From a virus (taxonomy: Duplodnaviria > Caudoviricetes), in IMG/VR virus record IMGVR_UViG_3300005298_000033, positions 1 to 24,968 of that record: DNA of 24,968 nt; one strand, given 5' to 3'. Below, in pieces: positions 1 through 7,854 of this stretch. The position numbers were made by a program, and so were the translations under genes. Positions within the stretch are counted from its first letter, which is position 1; each line of letters begins with the position of its first letter. The notes under the pieces were generated by a model, which had not been told where the DNA came from, did not search any database, and was given only the letters and a program-made list of their open reading frames with translations.

Positions 1-88
1 ATAATTTGGGAGGAGTGGCCCCTTTCGCAACCAACACCCCCCAGTCCTCTATTTCCCTTCCACAAATCCTGCACATTACCTTTTCCAT
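1..88 (-). CDS. Partial (runs off window edge) small protein with N-terminal CxxC motif, MEKVMCRICGREIEDWG...
   Basis: Not in the ORF track. ATG at 88-86 is preceded by AAGGAGGT SD, the frame is open to the window edge, and it lies downstream of a consensus promoter. Confidence 0.7.
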   Translation of the reverse strand, partial: MEKVMCRICGREIEDWGVLVAKGATPPKL

Positions 89-111
89 CTTCGCACCTCC
101 TTCTTTTTTTT

Positions 112-131
112 CTTATTAATATTTTAATAAG
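112..131. promoter_or_regulatory. Palindrome CTTATTAA-N4-TTAATAAG, candidate operator over the -10 box
   Basis: Perfect 8-bp inverted repeat. The AT-rich context lowers its significance. Confidence 0.4.
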
Positions 132-148
132 TCTTTCGGAAATGTCAA
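121..148 (-). promoter_or_regulatory. Sigma70-type promoter TTGACA-N16-TAAAAT
   Basis: Perfect -35 at 148-143 and near-consensus -10 at 126-121, just downstream of a terminator and upstream of an SD/ATG. Confidence 0.7.
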
Positions 149-210
149 GGGGTTAGTGATAAAAAATTTTTGATGTTTTTCAAAGGGAAATTTATTTTTG
201 GGTGAGTAAG

Positions 211-243
211 AAAAAGCCCCTGAAGCCTTTAAAGCCTCAGGGG
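211..243 (-). terminator. Rho-independent terminator after recT
   Basis: Minus strand reads CCCCTGAGGC-TTTAAAG-GCTTCAGGGG followed by CTTTTT, 30 nt after the recT stop. Confidence 0.85.
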
Positions 244-272
244 TTAAGGAGGGAGGTGGAGGATGGGGATGG

Positions 273-1181
273 CTAATTATTTTTTAAATCGGGCTTATTG
301 GTTGTGTCAAGGGGGAGGAGGGGAATATTTTGTTGTTCTTGATGAGGAGGTTGGTTATCTTCTTGATTTACTGTAATGGGTTCAGGCTCAAGTTCGGTCT
401 CGGATTTTGGTTCCGGTTCTTCTTGTTCGATTAAGTTTTCCTGAGGAGCTTCAAGGGTGAAGGCTGTTTGCATTTCGATGCTCATGATGCCGTACTTGCT
501 TAGCAATGTTTTTAAGACGGTTTTTATAGCCATGCTGTCAAAATCGGTTGCCCATATTGAACTTTCTTTGCCGTAGCTTTTAGAGAACCGCTTTGCGTGC
601 TCTATGATTTCCTCGGTAGTCATGTAGAGGGTTTTTCGGAAGCCGTTCAGAGTCTCGATATATGCAAAGTACCCGATTTTGCGGTTTGATTTCCGGGAAG
701 ATGGATTTAGTTTGATTTCTCCGGTAAGCTTGTCATACCCTTCGAGTTCCCCTTCATACACAACGTCGGCATTTATGTATTTGTAAGCTCCAGTTCTCAT
801 CGCCAGCTGAATGTATCCTTTATACCCCAACATGAAGACCGGAACATATGTGTTTGTTTTTGTATCCTTGAATGGGACTATATATACGAAGCCCAATTGC
901 CTGTTAATCGGGAGCTTTAAGCTTGCGGCCTTTAAAGCTTCAAGGACCACAGCTTTGGGGTCGCACAATTGGAGGGTTTTTTCCGTTTGATAGAGATCAA
1001 TGAGGGAGGCTATAAAGATGTTTGCATTTTCCCGTAAGACATTTTGCAGGTGTTCTTGAATCGTTTCGCTGTTTAGAATTTTTTTAAGTTTATCGATCGG
1101 CCTTTCGCCTTGCTCAATTTGTCTTCTTTCCCTTTCCTTTTCTTGCTCATTTAAAACCTTCCTAATAATACCCTGAGCCAT
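273..1181 (-). CDS. recT: RecT-family ssDNA annealing recombinase
   Basis: Motifs LG-x-VYIVPF, FMLGYKGYIQLAMRTG, VVYEGE, W-x-TDFDSMAIKTV. Start moved to ATG 1181 (GAGGAGG SD). Acidic Pro-rich C-terminal tail. Adjacent to YqaJ. Confidence 0.95.
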   Translation of the reverse strand: MAQGIIRKVLNEQEKERERRQIEQGERPIDKLKKILNSETIQEHLQNVLRENANIFIASLIDLYQTEKTLQLCDPKAVVLEALKAASLKLPINRQLGFVYIVPFKDTKTNTYVPVFMLGYKGYIQLAMRTGAYKYINADVVYEGELEGYDKLTGEIKLNPSSRKSNRKIGYFAYIETLNGFRKTLYMTTEEIIEHAKRFSKSYGKESSIWATDFDSMAIKTVLKTLLSKYGIMSIEMQTAFTLEAPQENLIEQEEPEPKSETELEPEPITVNQEDNQPPHQEQQNIPLLPLDTTNKPDLKNN

Positions 1182-1192
1182 TTTACACCTCC

Positions 1193-2086
1193 TCAAAATA
1201 TTGGTTTTACTTTAAAGGTTCGCACAATTTGTTCCTTTGAAAAGCGCTCGTAGACTTCGGGCATGACTTCCTTGAGGGTTTTAGAATCAAGGATCTTCCT
1301 CGTATGAGCCTTCCATTCTACAAAGAAACCGTCGGCCACTCCAAGTTCACTTTCTCCAAGCATCAATTGAATTTCCTGTTTGATGGCCTCTTTTTCTTTT
1401 TCAAGAATTTTTATTTGCTCATCAAGCTCCAAGTAACGCATCAATTTCTGCTCGTTTCCATATAAGTTCACCGCCTCGTTTCTTTTCGTCCGTTTTTCAC
1501 CGTAGAGCTTATTGATCACCCTCTGTGCGCTTTCAGAACCATCGGGCTCTGGAGGAATCCCTTTTAAGACATGATCCTCCCAAAAATGCCTTTCGGCCTC
1601 AATAAGAGCTTCGATCTCTTCCTCATCTCTTTCAATTTCATAAACCTTGAAACTCCTATTGAGAATCAAAATGGCAAGATAGGCTTTCTGGAATCCGGTA
1701 ACGGCAAGATAATGCATACACTGCACGTAATATGATGGAGGGTATTCTCCCTTTTCAAACACCTCATAGGTCATCGGGCTTGTCGTTTTGCATTCTAATA
1801 TCGCTTTTTCTCCCACAATAAGCCTATCAATGTGACCTATCATCCACGGAAACTTGGGGTGTACAAAAAGCTTGTTAGTTTTCCTCACTTTTTTATTTGT
1901 CTTTTCGGTAAACCTTAAAGCCACATATTCCTCTAAGTCTCTTCCTATTCGCATTGCCTCGCTGTCTTCCTTTTTTTCAATTAGCCCCAGCTTCTCGGCA
2001 TAAACTTCAAGAGCACTCCTGTAAGGGTCAACCCCGAGGATTGCAGGGGCATCACTTCCCCCAATGCCTTTGGTCCTTCCCTGCAT
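1193..2086 (-). CDS. yqaJ: YqaJ-like viral recombinase / lambda-exonuclease-family nuclease
   Basis: GIGGSDAPAILG, G-x-DLEEYVA, GHIDR, ILECKT, YYVQCMHYL motifs. Paired with RecT. Confidence 0.93.
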   Translation of the reverse strand: MQGRTKGIGGSDAPAILGVDPYRSALEVYAEKLGLIEKKEDSEAMRIGRDLEEYVALRFTEKTNKKVRKTNKLFVHPKFPWMIGHIDRLIVGEKAILECKTTSPMTYEVFEKGEYPPSYYVQCMHYLAVTGFQKAYLAILILNRSFKVYEIERDEEEIEALIEAERHFWEDHVLKGIPPEPDGSESAQRVINKLYGEKRTKRNEAVNLYGNEQKLMRYLELDEQIKILEKEKEAIKQEIQLMLGESELGVADGFFVEWKAHTRKILDSKTLKEVMPEVYERFSKEQIVRTFKVKPIF

Positions 2087-2121
2087 TTTCTCTCCTCCTT
2101 TTTGTTACTTTTTGGTGAGTG

Positions 2122-2292
2122 TTACTCTTCTTTTTTGCTAAGGCCTTCACGTAGTAAAATCCTAATGGTTTCCGATATGCTTACTTTTAACTCTTTTGCC
2201 TTCCGAATGAGCGCTTTTTTTAGGGCAGTGTCCGTAGCAAAACTCATAATGATGGGCCGAACTTTTCTTCTTTGGGGTTTTCTTCTCACCAT
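2122..2292 (-). CDS. Ribbon-helix-helix (CopG/Arc-like) DNA-binding protein, 56 aa
   Basis: Alternating strand IIMSFAT, helix A TALKKALIRKAKELK, turn, helix B VSISETIRILLREGL. Start moved to ATG 2292 (AAAGGAGGT SD). Confidence 0.8.
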   Translation of the reverse strand: MVRRKPQRRKVRPIIMSFATDTALKKALIRKAKELKVSISETIRILLREGLSKKEE

Positions 2293-2311
2293 GCTATCAC
2301 CTCCTTTCTTT

Positions 2312-2755
2312 TTATTCATCCTCTACAATAAATCTCCACTTAACAAACCTGAATTTTGATACCTTCCTAACTTCTCCATTTTCCAGCACTTCCTCCTCCA
2401 CTACCCTTCTCGTTGTAGGAACCGCAAGGACCACATCCGGGAAAAACTCTTTTTTGCGTAAAATAAGCTCGTAACACACAGAATACTCTCCAGCTAAATA
2501 AAGGAACTTCTGTGGATTCCAAACGCAAGGCATTGATGTAGCTTCATTAAAGGCTCTCAAGATTCGATTTTTTAAAAAATGCACTATATCCCTAAAACCG
2601 TAATCGAAGGCATCAAGATATGGATCAACATGAGGAAAAGGAACATCAAGGATCACGTCAAAAAAGCTTCTTTGAGATTCATCCCAGTCCTTACTGGGAT
2701 GGTTTGAACAGTTAACCAATACCATCGTGGTTCTCATTCTTTGCATCAGCATCAT
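2312..2755 (-). CDS. csx20: Csx20-like CRISPR-associated divergent-CARF protein (putative cOA ring nuclease)
   Basis: N-terminal NCSNHPS-x2-W-x3-Q, D-x-PFP-x-VDP, LAGEY, PTTRR and C-terminal K-x-S-x-F-x-FV-x-WR match my recollection of Csx20-type proteins of type III CRISPR loci. TAAGGAGG SD. Not confirmed by search. Confidence 0.7.
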   Translation of the reverse strand: MMLMQRMRTTMVLVNCSNHPSKDWDESQRSFFDVILDVPFPHVDPYLDAFDYGFRDIVHFLKNRILRAFNEATSMPCVWNPQKFLYLAGEYSVCYELILRKKEFFPDVVLAVPTTRRVVEEEVLENGEVRKVSKFRFVKWRFIVEDE

Positions 2756-2770
2756 TGCTACGCCTCCTTA

Positions 2771-2803
2771 GCTGTTTATATTTTTGCCATATATAAATAG
2801 CAA
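2771..2803 (-). promoter_or_regulatory. Promoter TTGCTA-N17-TATAAA overlapped by an 11-bp inverted repeat (candidate operator)
   Basis: -35 at 2803-2798 and -10 at 2780-2775. Repeat arms GCTATTTATAT (2801-2791) and ATATAAACAGC (2781-2771) pair at 10/11 with a 9-nt spacer. Confidence 0.65.
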
Positions 2804-2858
2804 CAAGGTATGGAAAATTCATTTTTAAGGAGCGGAAAAGGTAATCTGGAAGCGGTTT

Positions 2859-3524
2859 TTAGAGGGGTTCAGTCCAATAAGAAGTGCCTTTTAGGAGCTG
2901 TTTAACTTGATTAGCCCATTCTTTGCGCCATTGCTCGAGAACTCTTTCCGCTACCTTGTCAATGACTTTTTTGAACATAAAATGTTCGGAATAGACTTTT
3001 CGGGCAATGACCTTGCGGGATTTTGCTACCCGGCTTAATACGAGCGGGGTTCCTCCTACGCCTTTTGCCAAGAAGGTCCAAGCAAGCCTTGTTGAGCCTA
3101 TTCGGCCTCGTGATAAAATCGTTCTGCGTCCTCTAATAATCTCAACTTGGACCCCAACCTTTTTTCTTCCCCTTGATATTGGCTTTTCCCTTAATTCAAA
3201 AGCTAAAACCCCTTTTCCTCGCTTTTTGATGATGGACCTTTTAATTGGACCGAGGACCTCAGTAGGCTTAAAGTAGCTTAAAAGTATTGGCTTTCCGGCT
3301 ACCACTATCGCCCCTTCCCAAGGTCTGTACTCAATGCTTATTTTCCGATCTAAATCCGACTTCATAATGTTGAATCCAAGCCCCTTTCTAATCTCTTCTG
3401 AGGCCCTTGTTTTTCCCGACCTTACGGCTCTCCTGATAGCAAAATTTACGGCTCTTTCGATGCGTTTTGGGGAAAACTTGCCTACAAGCTCATCTATTCC
3501 TTCAAGCTTTATCTTTACTTCCAA
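2859..3524 (-). CDS. Lambda gpZ-like minor tail / tail-completion protein
   Basis: Very basic 221 aa, N-terminus MEVKIKLEGIDEL...RAVNFAIRRA, GKPILLSYF, VQVEIIRG. The Z slot in the head-tail module is empty. Confidence 0.65.
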   Translation of the reverse strand: MEVKIKLEGIDELVGKFSPKRIERAVNFAIRRAVRSGKTRASEEIRKGLGFNIMKSDLDRKISIEYRPWEGAIVVAGKPILLSYFKPTEVLGPIKRSIIKKRGKGVLAFELREKPISRGRKKVGVQVEIIRGRRTILSRGRIGSTRLAWTFLAKGVGGTPLVLSRVAKSRKVIARKVYSEHFMFKKVIDKVAERVLEQWRKEWANQVKQLLKGTSYWTEPL

Positions 3525-3964
3525 AGCTCTCTTACTCCCTCAAGAAATAAAGCCCTTTCCGCAATCCTTCTCCTTTCGAGCCCCTTCAGCCGCTTCCCTC
3601 CAGCATATACCCACCTCAAAAATTGATCCGCCGCCTCATAGAAGCTTTTAGCATTGAGAAGTCTCCTTAGGGTTGAAGCCCGAAAGGCATAAACACCAAC
3701 ATTAAAAGTGAAGCTTACAAGGGCATCGAGCATGTATTGGTGAACCTCAACGGTTATTAAGGGTCGTATAGCTATTGCGGTTTTTACTAAATCGGTGACA
3801 AGAAGAAATTCAGCTTCTTGACGGCTTAAGGGGATTTTTAAATTTTCGCCTTCTCTTACTATATGCCCATAACCAATAGTTAAATATCCGGCCGGACAAA
3901 GATACGGTGTAGGAGAAAAACCTTCAAAGCGCTTTACCAGTTCCACGCATTTTAGGCTTATCAT
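3515..3964 (-). CDS. Endolysin, GH24 (T4/P21-like) lysozyme
   Basis: E-x8-C-x5-T catalytic pattern (FEGFSPTPYLCPAGYLTIGYGH), DALVSFTFNVG, GL-x-RRR-x-AE. No SAR helix. Confidence 0.95.
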   Translation of the reverse strand: MISLKCVELVKRFEGFSPTPYLCPAGYLTIGYGHIVREGENLKIPLSRQEAEFLLVTDLVKTAIAIRPLITVEVHQYMLDALVSFTFNVGVYAFRASTLRRLLNAKSFYEAADQFLRWVYAGGKRLKGLERRRIAERALFLEGVRELWK

Positions 3965-4437
3965 CAGCTTCTGCCAAAAGTCCTTGCAAAAGCCCTTCCT
4001 CCGAACCAGAACGTAATGACCGCCGAAATAAATTCGTTTTCCGCATCAGACCAAATTAACGGTATGGCCTCTAAGGTCCCCCCAGCTCCCTTCCACATCG
4101 CTATCTTCATCAAAAGCCAAAACAAGATCAAAAGATATGTGACTGCCGGCCTTACCGATTGAATAAAGATGTTAGAGAAAATTTGCAGAGCATCAAGCCA
4201 GGTCTTCCCGGTTATTTTAGGCTCTGTAGGAGCGGCAAAATCGTAGACTTTCTTATCAAGCTCAATCGAAGAAAAAACCTTAGCCTCTTCCAGCCTCAAG
4301 CTTATTAGTTCACGTTGATATTTTAGCTGAAGCTCAAGTATTTCAATTTCATGCTTGTGATTTTGACGGTCCTTATAGATTTTGATGAGCTCCGGAATTA
4401 CAGCACCTACTAACCCAAGAATGCCGCCTAAAAGCAC
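3964..4437 (-). CDS. Putative holin (GTA 3TM-holin-like)
   Basis: Hydrophobic N-terminus, SVRP-x-VTY followed by a TM helix, and ITFWFGGR. Its stop overlaps the lysozyme ATG. Confidence 0.65.
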   Translation of the reverse strand: MLLGGILGLVGAVIPELIKIYKDRQNHKHEIEILELQLKYQRELISLRLEEAKVFSSIELDKKVYDFAAPTEPKITGKTWLDALQIFSNIFIQSVRPAVTYLLILFWLLMKIAMWKGAGGTLEAIPLIWSDAENEFISAVITFWFGGRAFARTFGRS

Positions 4438-4462
4438 CTTTTATCCCTCCACCTAAAAATTC

Positions 4463-5560
4463 TTAAAAAACATACCAATTTGATCCATCGCTAACCACCC
4501 TCACAATTCCATATTGCGTTGTAATGCTCATAGAAGACTGTCCATCGATAGTTTGCCCACTTTGAGCTGAGATGGTTACAGCGTTCGAGGAGCTGTCAAT
4601 TTTTTTGATGATATACTGTCTTCCTGTACAAGTCGCTGCATCAGGAAGCTCAATGGTTATTGCATCAACAGAGGCATCCACTAAAACAATATGATGATTT
4701 GCTCCAAGAGCCGTATTCACTGAAAAAGTGTGAACTATTGTAGCAAAGGATCCCCAACAATGCAATTTTGAATTTGGTGTTGTCGCTCCAATTCCGACTT
4801 TGTCATTCACTATTAAGCTGTTCAAATTCATATCTTCTGGCAACCATCCTTCATCTATCTTACCATCAGCTCCGGAAACAGGAATATTATTTGCTACTGG
4901 AATCTGTGATGCGTGATACCCATCAAGTTTATCCGCATCTAACCCGCTCCCGCTGCCCTGCGGACTAATCGTAGATGGTGGCTGAATACCGGTATGATTA
5001 GCCCTGTCTAAGTAATAACTTCCTTCCTGACCATCCAATTTATCAGCATCTAAGCCAGAATCGTGACCTTGAGGGGCTATAGTATTTGGTAGCTGAGTTC
5101 CTGTGTGATTAGCCCTATCTAAATAATAACTTCCATCTTTCCCGTCAAGTTTATCCGAGTCCAGGTTGAACAATACATATTTTGCGTTAACGCTGTCGTA
5201 GAGAAAGAAAAATGGAGTTAAAGAATTAGGCTCAGGGTTAGGTTGTAAGGGGCAAATTATATTTGATCCCCAAGTAACTGTGCGGTTACCGCTCGAGTCC
5301 TGCTTAACAAGCAACACAAATTTCCCGCCCTCCCTTGGGTTAGAAAAATAGATCGTTGGACTGCCGGTAAGGGTAACAAACTGAACATCGGATTTACTCC
5401 AGTCAACGGTTATCGAGGAGGAATAGGAAATTTGATGAATGGACCAGTTAAAGCGCTTTAGGTAATCGTTGATCTTTTGGAAGTTCGAGCTGTAAATTGC
5501 GTTCCATCCTACCGTACCATAATCGGCAGTTTCTAAATTTGTAGGGGTTAATTTTGCCAT
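4463..5560 (-). CDS. Tail fibre / receptor-binding protein
   Basis: LDADKLDG and YYLDRANHTG fibre repeats, KVGIG-x-TTP motif, C-terminal IKKIDSS...TIDG head domain. Last gene of the tail module. Confidence 0.85.
   Translation of the reverse strand: MAKLTPTNLETADYGTVGWNAIYSSNFQKINDYLKRFNWSIHQISYSSSITVDWSKSDVQFVTLTGSPTIYFSNPREGGKFVLLVKQDSSGNRTVTWGSNIICPLQPNPEPNSLTPFFFLYDSVNAKYVLFNLDSDKLDGKDGSYYLDRANHTGTQLPNTIAPQGHDSGLDADKLDGQEGSYYLDRANHTGIQPPSTISPQGSGSGLDADKLDGYHASQIPVANNIPVSGADGKIDEGWLPEDMNLNSLIVNDKVGIGATTPNSKLHCWGSFATIVHTFSVNTALGANHHIVLVDASVDAITIELPDAATCTGRQYIIKKIDSSSNAVTISAQSGQTIDGQSSMSITTQYGIVRVVSDGSNWYVF
4919..5164 (-). repeat. 111-bp (37-aa) tandem repeat, about 2.2 copies, in the tail fibre
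   Basis: LD(S/A)DKLDG starts at 5164, 5053 and 4942, exactly 111 nt apart. Confidence 0.9.
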
Positions 5561-5577
5561 TTTATTACCTCCTTATT

Positions 5578-7854
5578 TTAGTAGTATATCCCGTCCTCTG
5601 CTCCCACAGTCAAGGTTATTGAATTAGAGTACATTCCATTCATAAAATGCTTAACGGTCATTACAAAACTTCCAGCTCTTTCAATTGTGAAGTGCGGAGA
5701 ATCATAGAAGGTAGTAACCCCGTCTATTGTGACCGCAAATTTCCCCTCAACCGTGAATGGGTATTCATCGGTATATACGTCAGCATTTTGTTTTCCTGCT
5801 CCAACGATGTATTCTTTGGTTATTGCAAAGACATCAACCTTAACGGTATTCCCAGAGCGGGTAGCCATAACCCTTGTAGGTTTTAAGGGTCTTCTTGCTT
5901 TTAAAGATGGGGTTACCTGGATAGAAGAAACAAGCCCCGGGTTCAGTTCTGTGGAAATAAAGAGTGGAACGATTTTCAAGTAGAAAGTAGTGGTGTATGG
6001 GACCACAAAAATGTTGTCTTTTATTTGAGCCACAAAAACTTGTTCTCCAGCTCGGTGACTTTCTTTTTGGGTATAATTGATCCCTCGTACAATTCCCGTC
6101 ACCTTATAGCTTACGCCCCCATAAGGAGAGTAATTTTGAAAGGCCATAATTTCGTTTCCGATCACAACGCATCTTGGCTCGGTGAAAAGTGCACTTCTTG
6201 AAATTGAGCTAAACTGCTGAAAGTCCTTGTAAGGGGTAAAAATGAAGCCAACATCGTCATCAATATCATAGGTGGTATCTGGATAGTCCGTCTCAAGCGT
6301 CCCAGCAACAGCAAAGGTCCGAGATGTCCCAAGCGGTCTCCAGGTTAAGCCGTCAGTACTTATATAAACCGCAAAGCCGGTCTCAAAACCAGTTTCTCGG
6401 CTTACAAGAATCAATAAGGCTACTTGGTAACCGAATCTCGAGAGGTAATCGAGTTCAACGATTTTAATCTTGGAAAATGGGACAAGTTCATAGGTCGGCT
6501 CTTCCCACAAGGAGCCTCCGACATCCTCATAGTACGAATCGAACTTTGCGTCTGAATGCTGTATTAATTGCATCTCAATTTCATTGCTGTCTTGTTTAGG
6601 TTCGCTAACAGAGTAAACCCTAAAGTCCGCTTCCATCCCGACTTCTGTATTGATGATCTTAACCACATCGCCTGGAGCGCATATTGAATACCTAATTGGA
6701 AGCTTGAGGGTAAGGGCCATTTTAGGAGCCGTTTCTCTCTTCATAATCTCGGTGAGCCTTTTTAGGGCTGTGCTACGATCAATGAAAGCCGTTAGGTCTA
6801 TTTCATCCCTAACCTTACGGCCTGCTTGTTGCTGTGAGGCTTCATTTTCAACAATTATTGTGCGCACCACGCCATCTTCAACGAAGTTCGCAACAAACTG
6901 GTTCGGGACGCTTGTCCACGTGTTTTTTGCCATGCTGAAGCTAATGAAGTCATCCTTTATCGTGAGCTTAGGGGTATCGGTTTTCTTCATGACCTTAATA
7001 ACTATCTTCCCGTCCTCATTGTAATCGAGGAAGGCATCAACGTATTCAAGCATCTTTTCGCAAGCTTCCCTCAAGGTCATTGATTGAGAAATAACGAAAT
7101 TAATCCCTAAACCTTGTGAGGCAAAGTAATTTGAAGCCTCTACAAAGCTTGTCCAATCGATGTCTTCGGGCTTTATACCTCCAAAATTGACAAGAAGGTC
7201 ATATGCGGCCGCCGCTGGATTAGAGCCGTTTTCAAGGTTTTCGTATGGGAGCCCGGTCTCAAGAATCCTCTTAACCTTAAATTTTACAGTAGGGACAAAG
7301 GTACGGTTTTCCCCAACAAAGAACCTTTTCCAAAAAACATGGGCAATGCCTGGGAGCTTGCTTGAATATTCAAGCTGTTTCGCATCTTGTTTGGTAGGAT
7401 AGGTGTCTTGAGTACCATCGTTAAAAATTTGATAAGCATAAGAGATTTTTTTCTTTTTGTCTTCATCTTGATAAACATCGAGAACTTGAATCTTGCCGTG
7501 ACAAATCGCTTCCCATATGTCTAAGTAGTACTTGTATCCAACAACCACTTCTTCATCATCACCACCGCCGCCTTTCCCTCCAGTATCCTCGGTCACCTCC
7601 TCAACAACAAGGTTCCCGTAAAAAATGATGTTGCCAGGAATGTGTACAATCCCATACACTATCGGTACAGGCTGGCCTTCATTAGCCTGCGTTAGATTAA
7701 AGTCGGCAAGGCTTGCAGGTTTAAGGTGAGTTTTAGGTTTAGGAGTAAAAAGATAAGCTAAAAGCGTAAGCCCAAAGATAACAAGCCCTGCCAGCAAACT
7801 TCCCGTAAAAAACCAAGCTAAAGCTCCAGCAAGGGCCGCCGCTGCTGCTATCAT
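5578..7854 (-). CDS. Tail tip / baseplate hub, gpJ-like (Phage-tail_3 type)
   Basis: Hydrophobic N-terminus, EGQPVPIVYG, GGKGGG, NPAAAAYDLL, PGDVV and RG-x3-T-x3-H motifs. Follows NlpC/P60. Confidence 0.85.
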   Translation of the reverse strand: MIAAAAALAGALAWFFTGSLLAGLVIFGLTLLAYLFTPKPKTHLKPASLADFNLTQANEGQPVPIVYGIVHIPGNIIFYGNLVVEEVTEDTGGKGGGGDDEEVVVGYKYYLDIWEAICHGKIQVLDVYQDEDKKKKISYAYQIFNDGTQDTYPTKQDAKQLEYSSKLPGIAHVFWKRFFVGENRTFVPTVKFKVKRILETGLPYENLENGSNPAAAAYDLLVNFGGIKPEDIDWTSFVEASNYFASQGLGINFVISQSMTLREACEKMLEYVDAFLDYNEDGKIVIKVMKKTDTPKLTIKDDFISFSMAKNTWTSVPNQFVANFVEDGVVRTIIVENEASQQQAGRKVRDEIDLTAFIDRSTALKRLTEIMKRETAPKMALTLKLPIRYSICAPGDVVKIINTEVGMEADFRVYSVSEPKQDSNEIEMQLIQHSDAKFDSYYEDVGGSLWEEPTYELVPFSKIKIVELDYLSRFGYQVALLILVSRETGFETGFAVYISTDGLTWRPLGTSRTFAVAGTLETDYPDTTYDIDDDVGFIFTPYKDFQQFSSISRSALFTEPRCVVIGNEIMAFQNYSPYGGVSYKVTGIVRGINYTQKESHRAGEQVFVAQIKDNIFVVPYTTTFYLKIVPLFISTELNPGLVSSIQVTPSLKARRPLKPTRVMATRSGNTVKVDVFAITKEYIVGAGKQNADVYTDEYPFTVEGKFAVTIDGVTTFYDSPHFTIERAGSFVMTVKHFMNGMYSNSITLTVGAEDGIYY

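Noticed and set aside
2756-2858. Possible mini-CRISPR array or solitary repeat next to the Csx20-like gene
   Set aside because: Only short CCGCT(T)CC direct repeats and the operator palindrome are present; no repeat-spacer structure is seen here or elsewhere in the window.
3880-3925. Cys in place of Asp in the lysozyme catalytic triad
   Set aside because: E-x8-C-x5-T is a known variant among GH24 phage lysozymes.
4463-5560. Diversity-generating retroelement or invertible tail-fibre cassette
   Set aside because: No reverse transcriptase, invertase, or TR/VR pair with adenine-specific differences. The repeats are in-frame tandem units.
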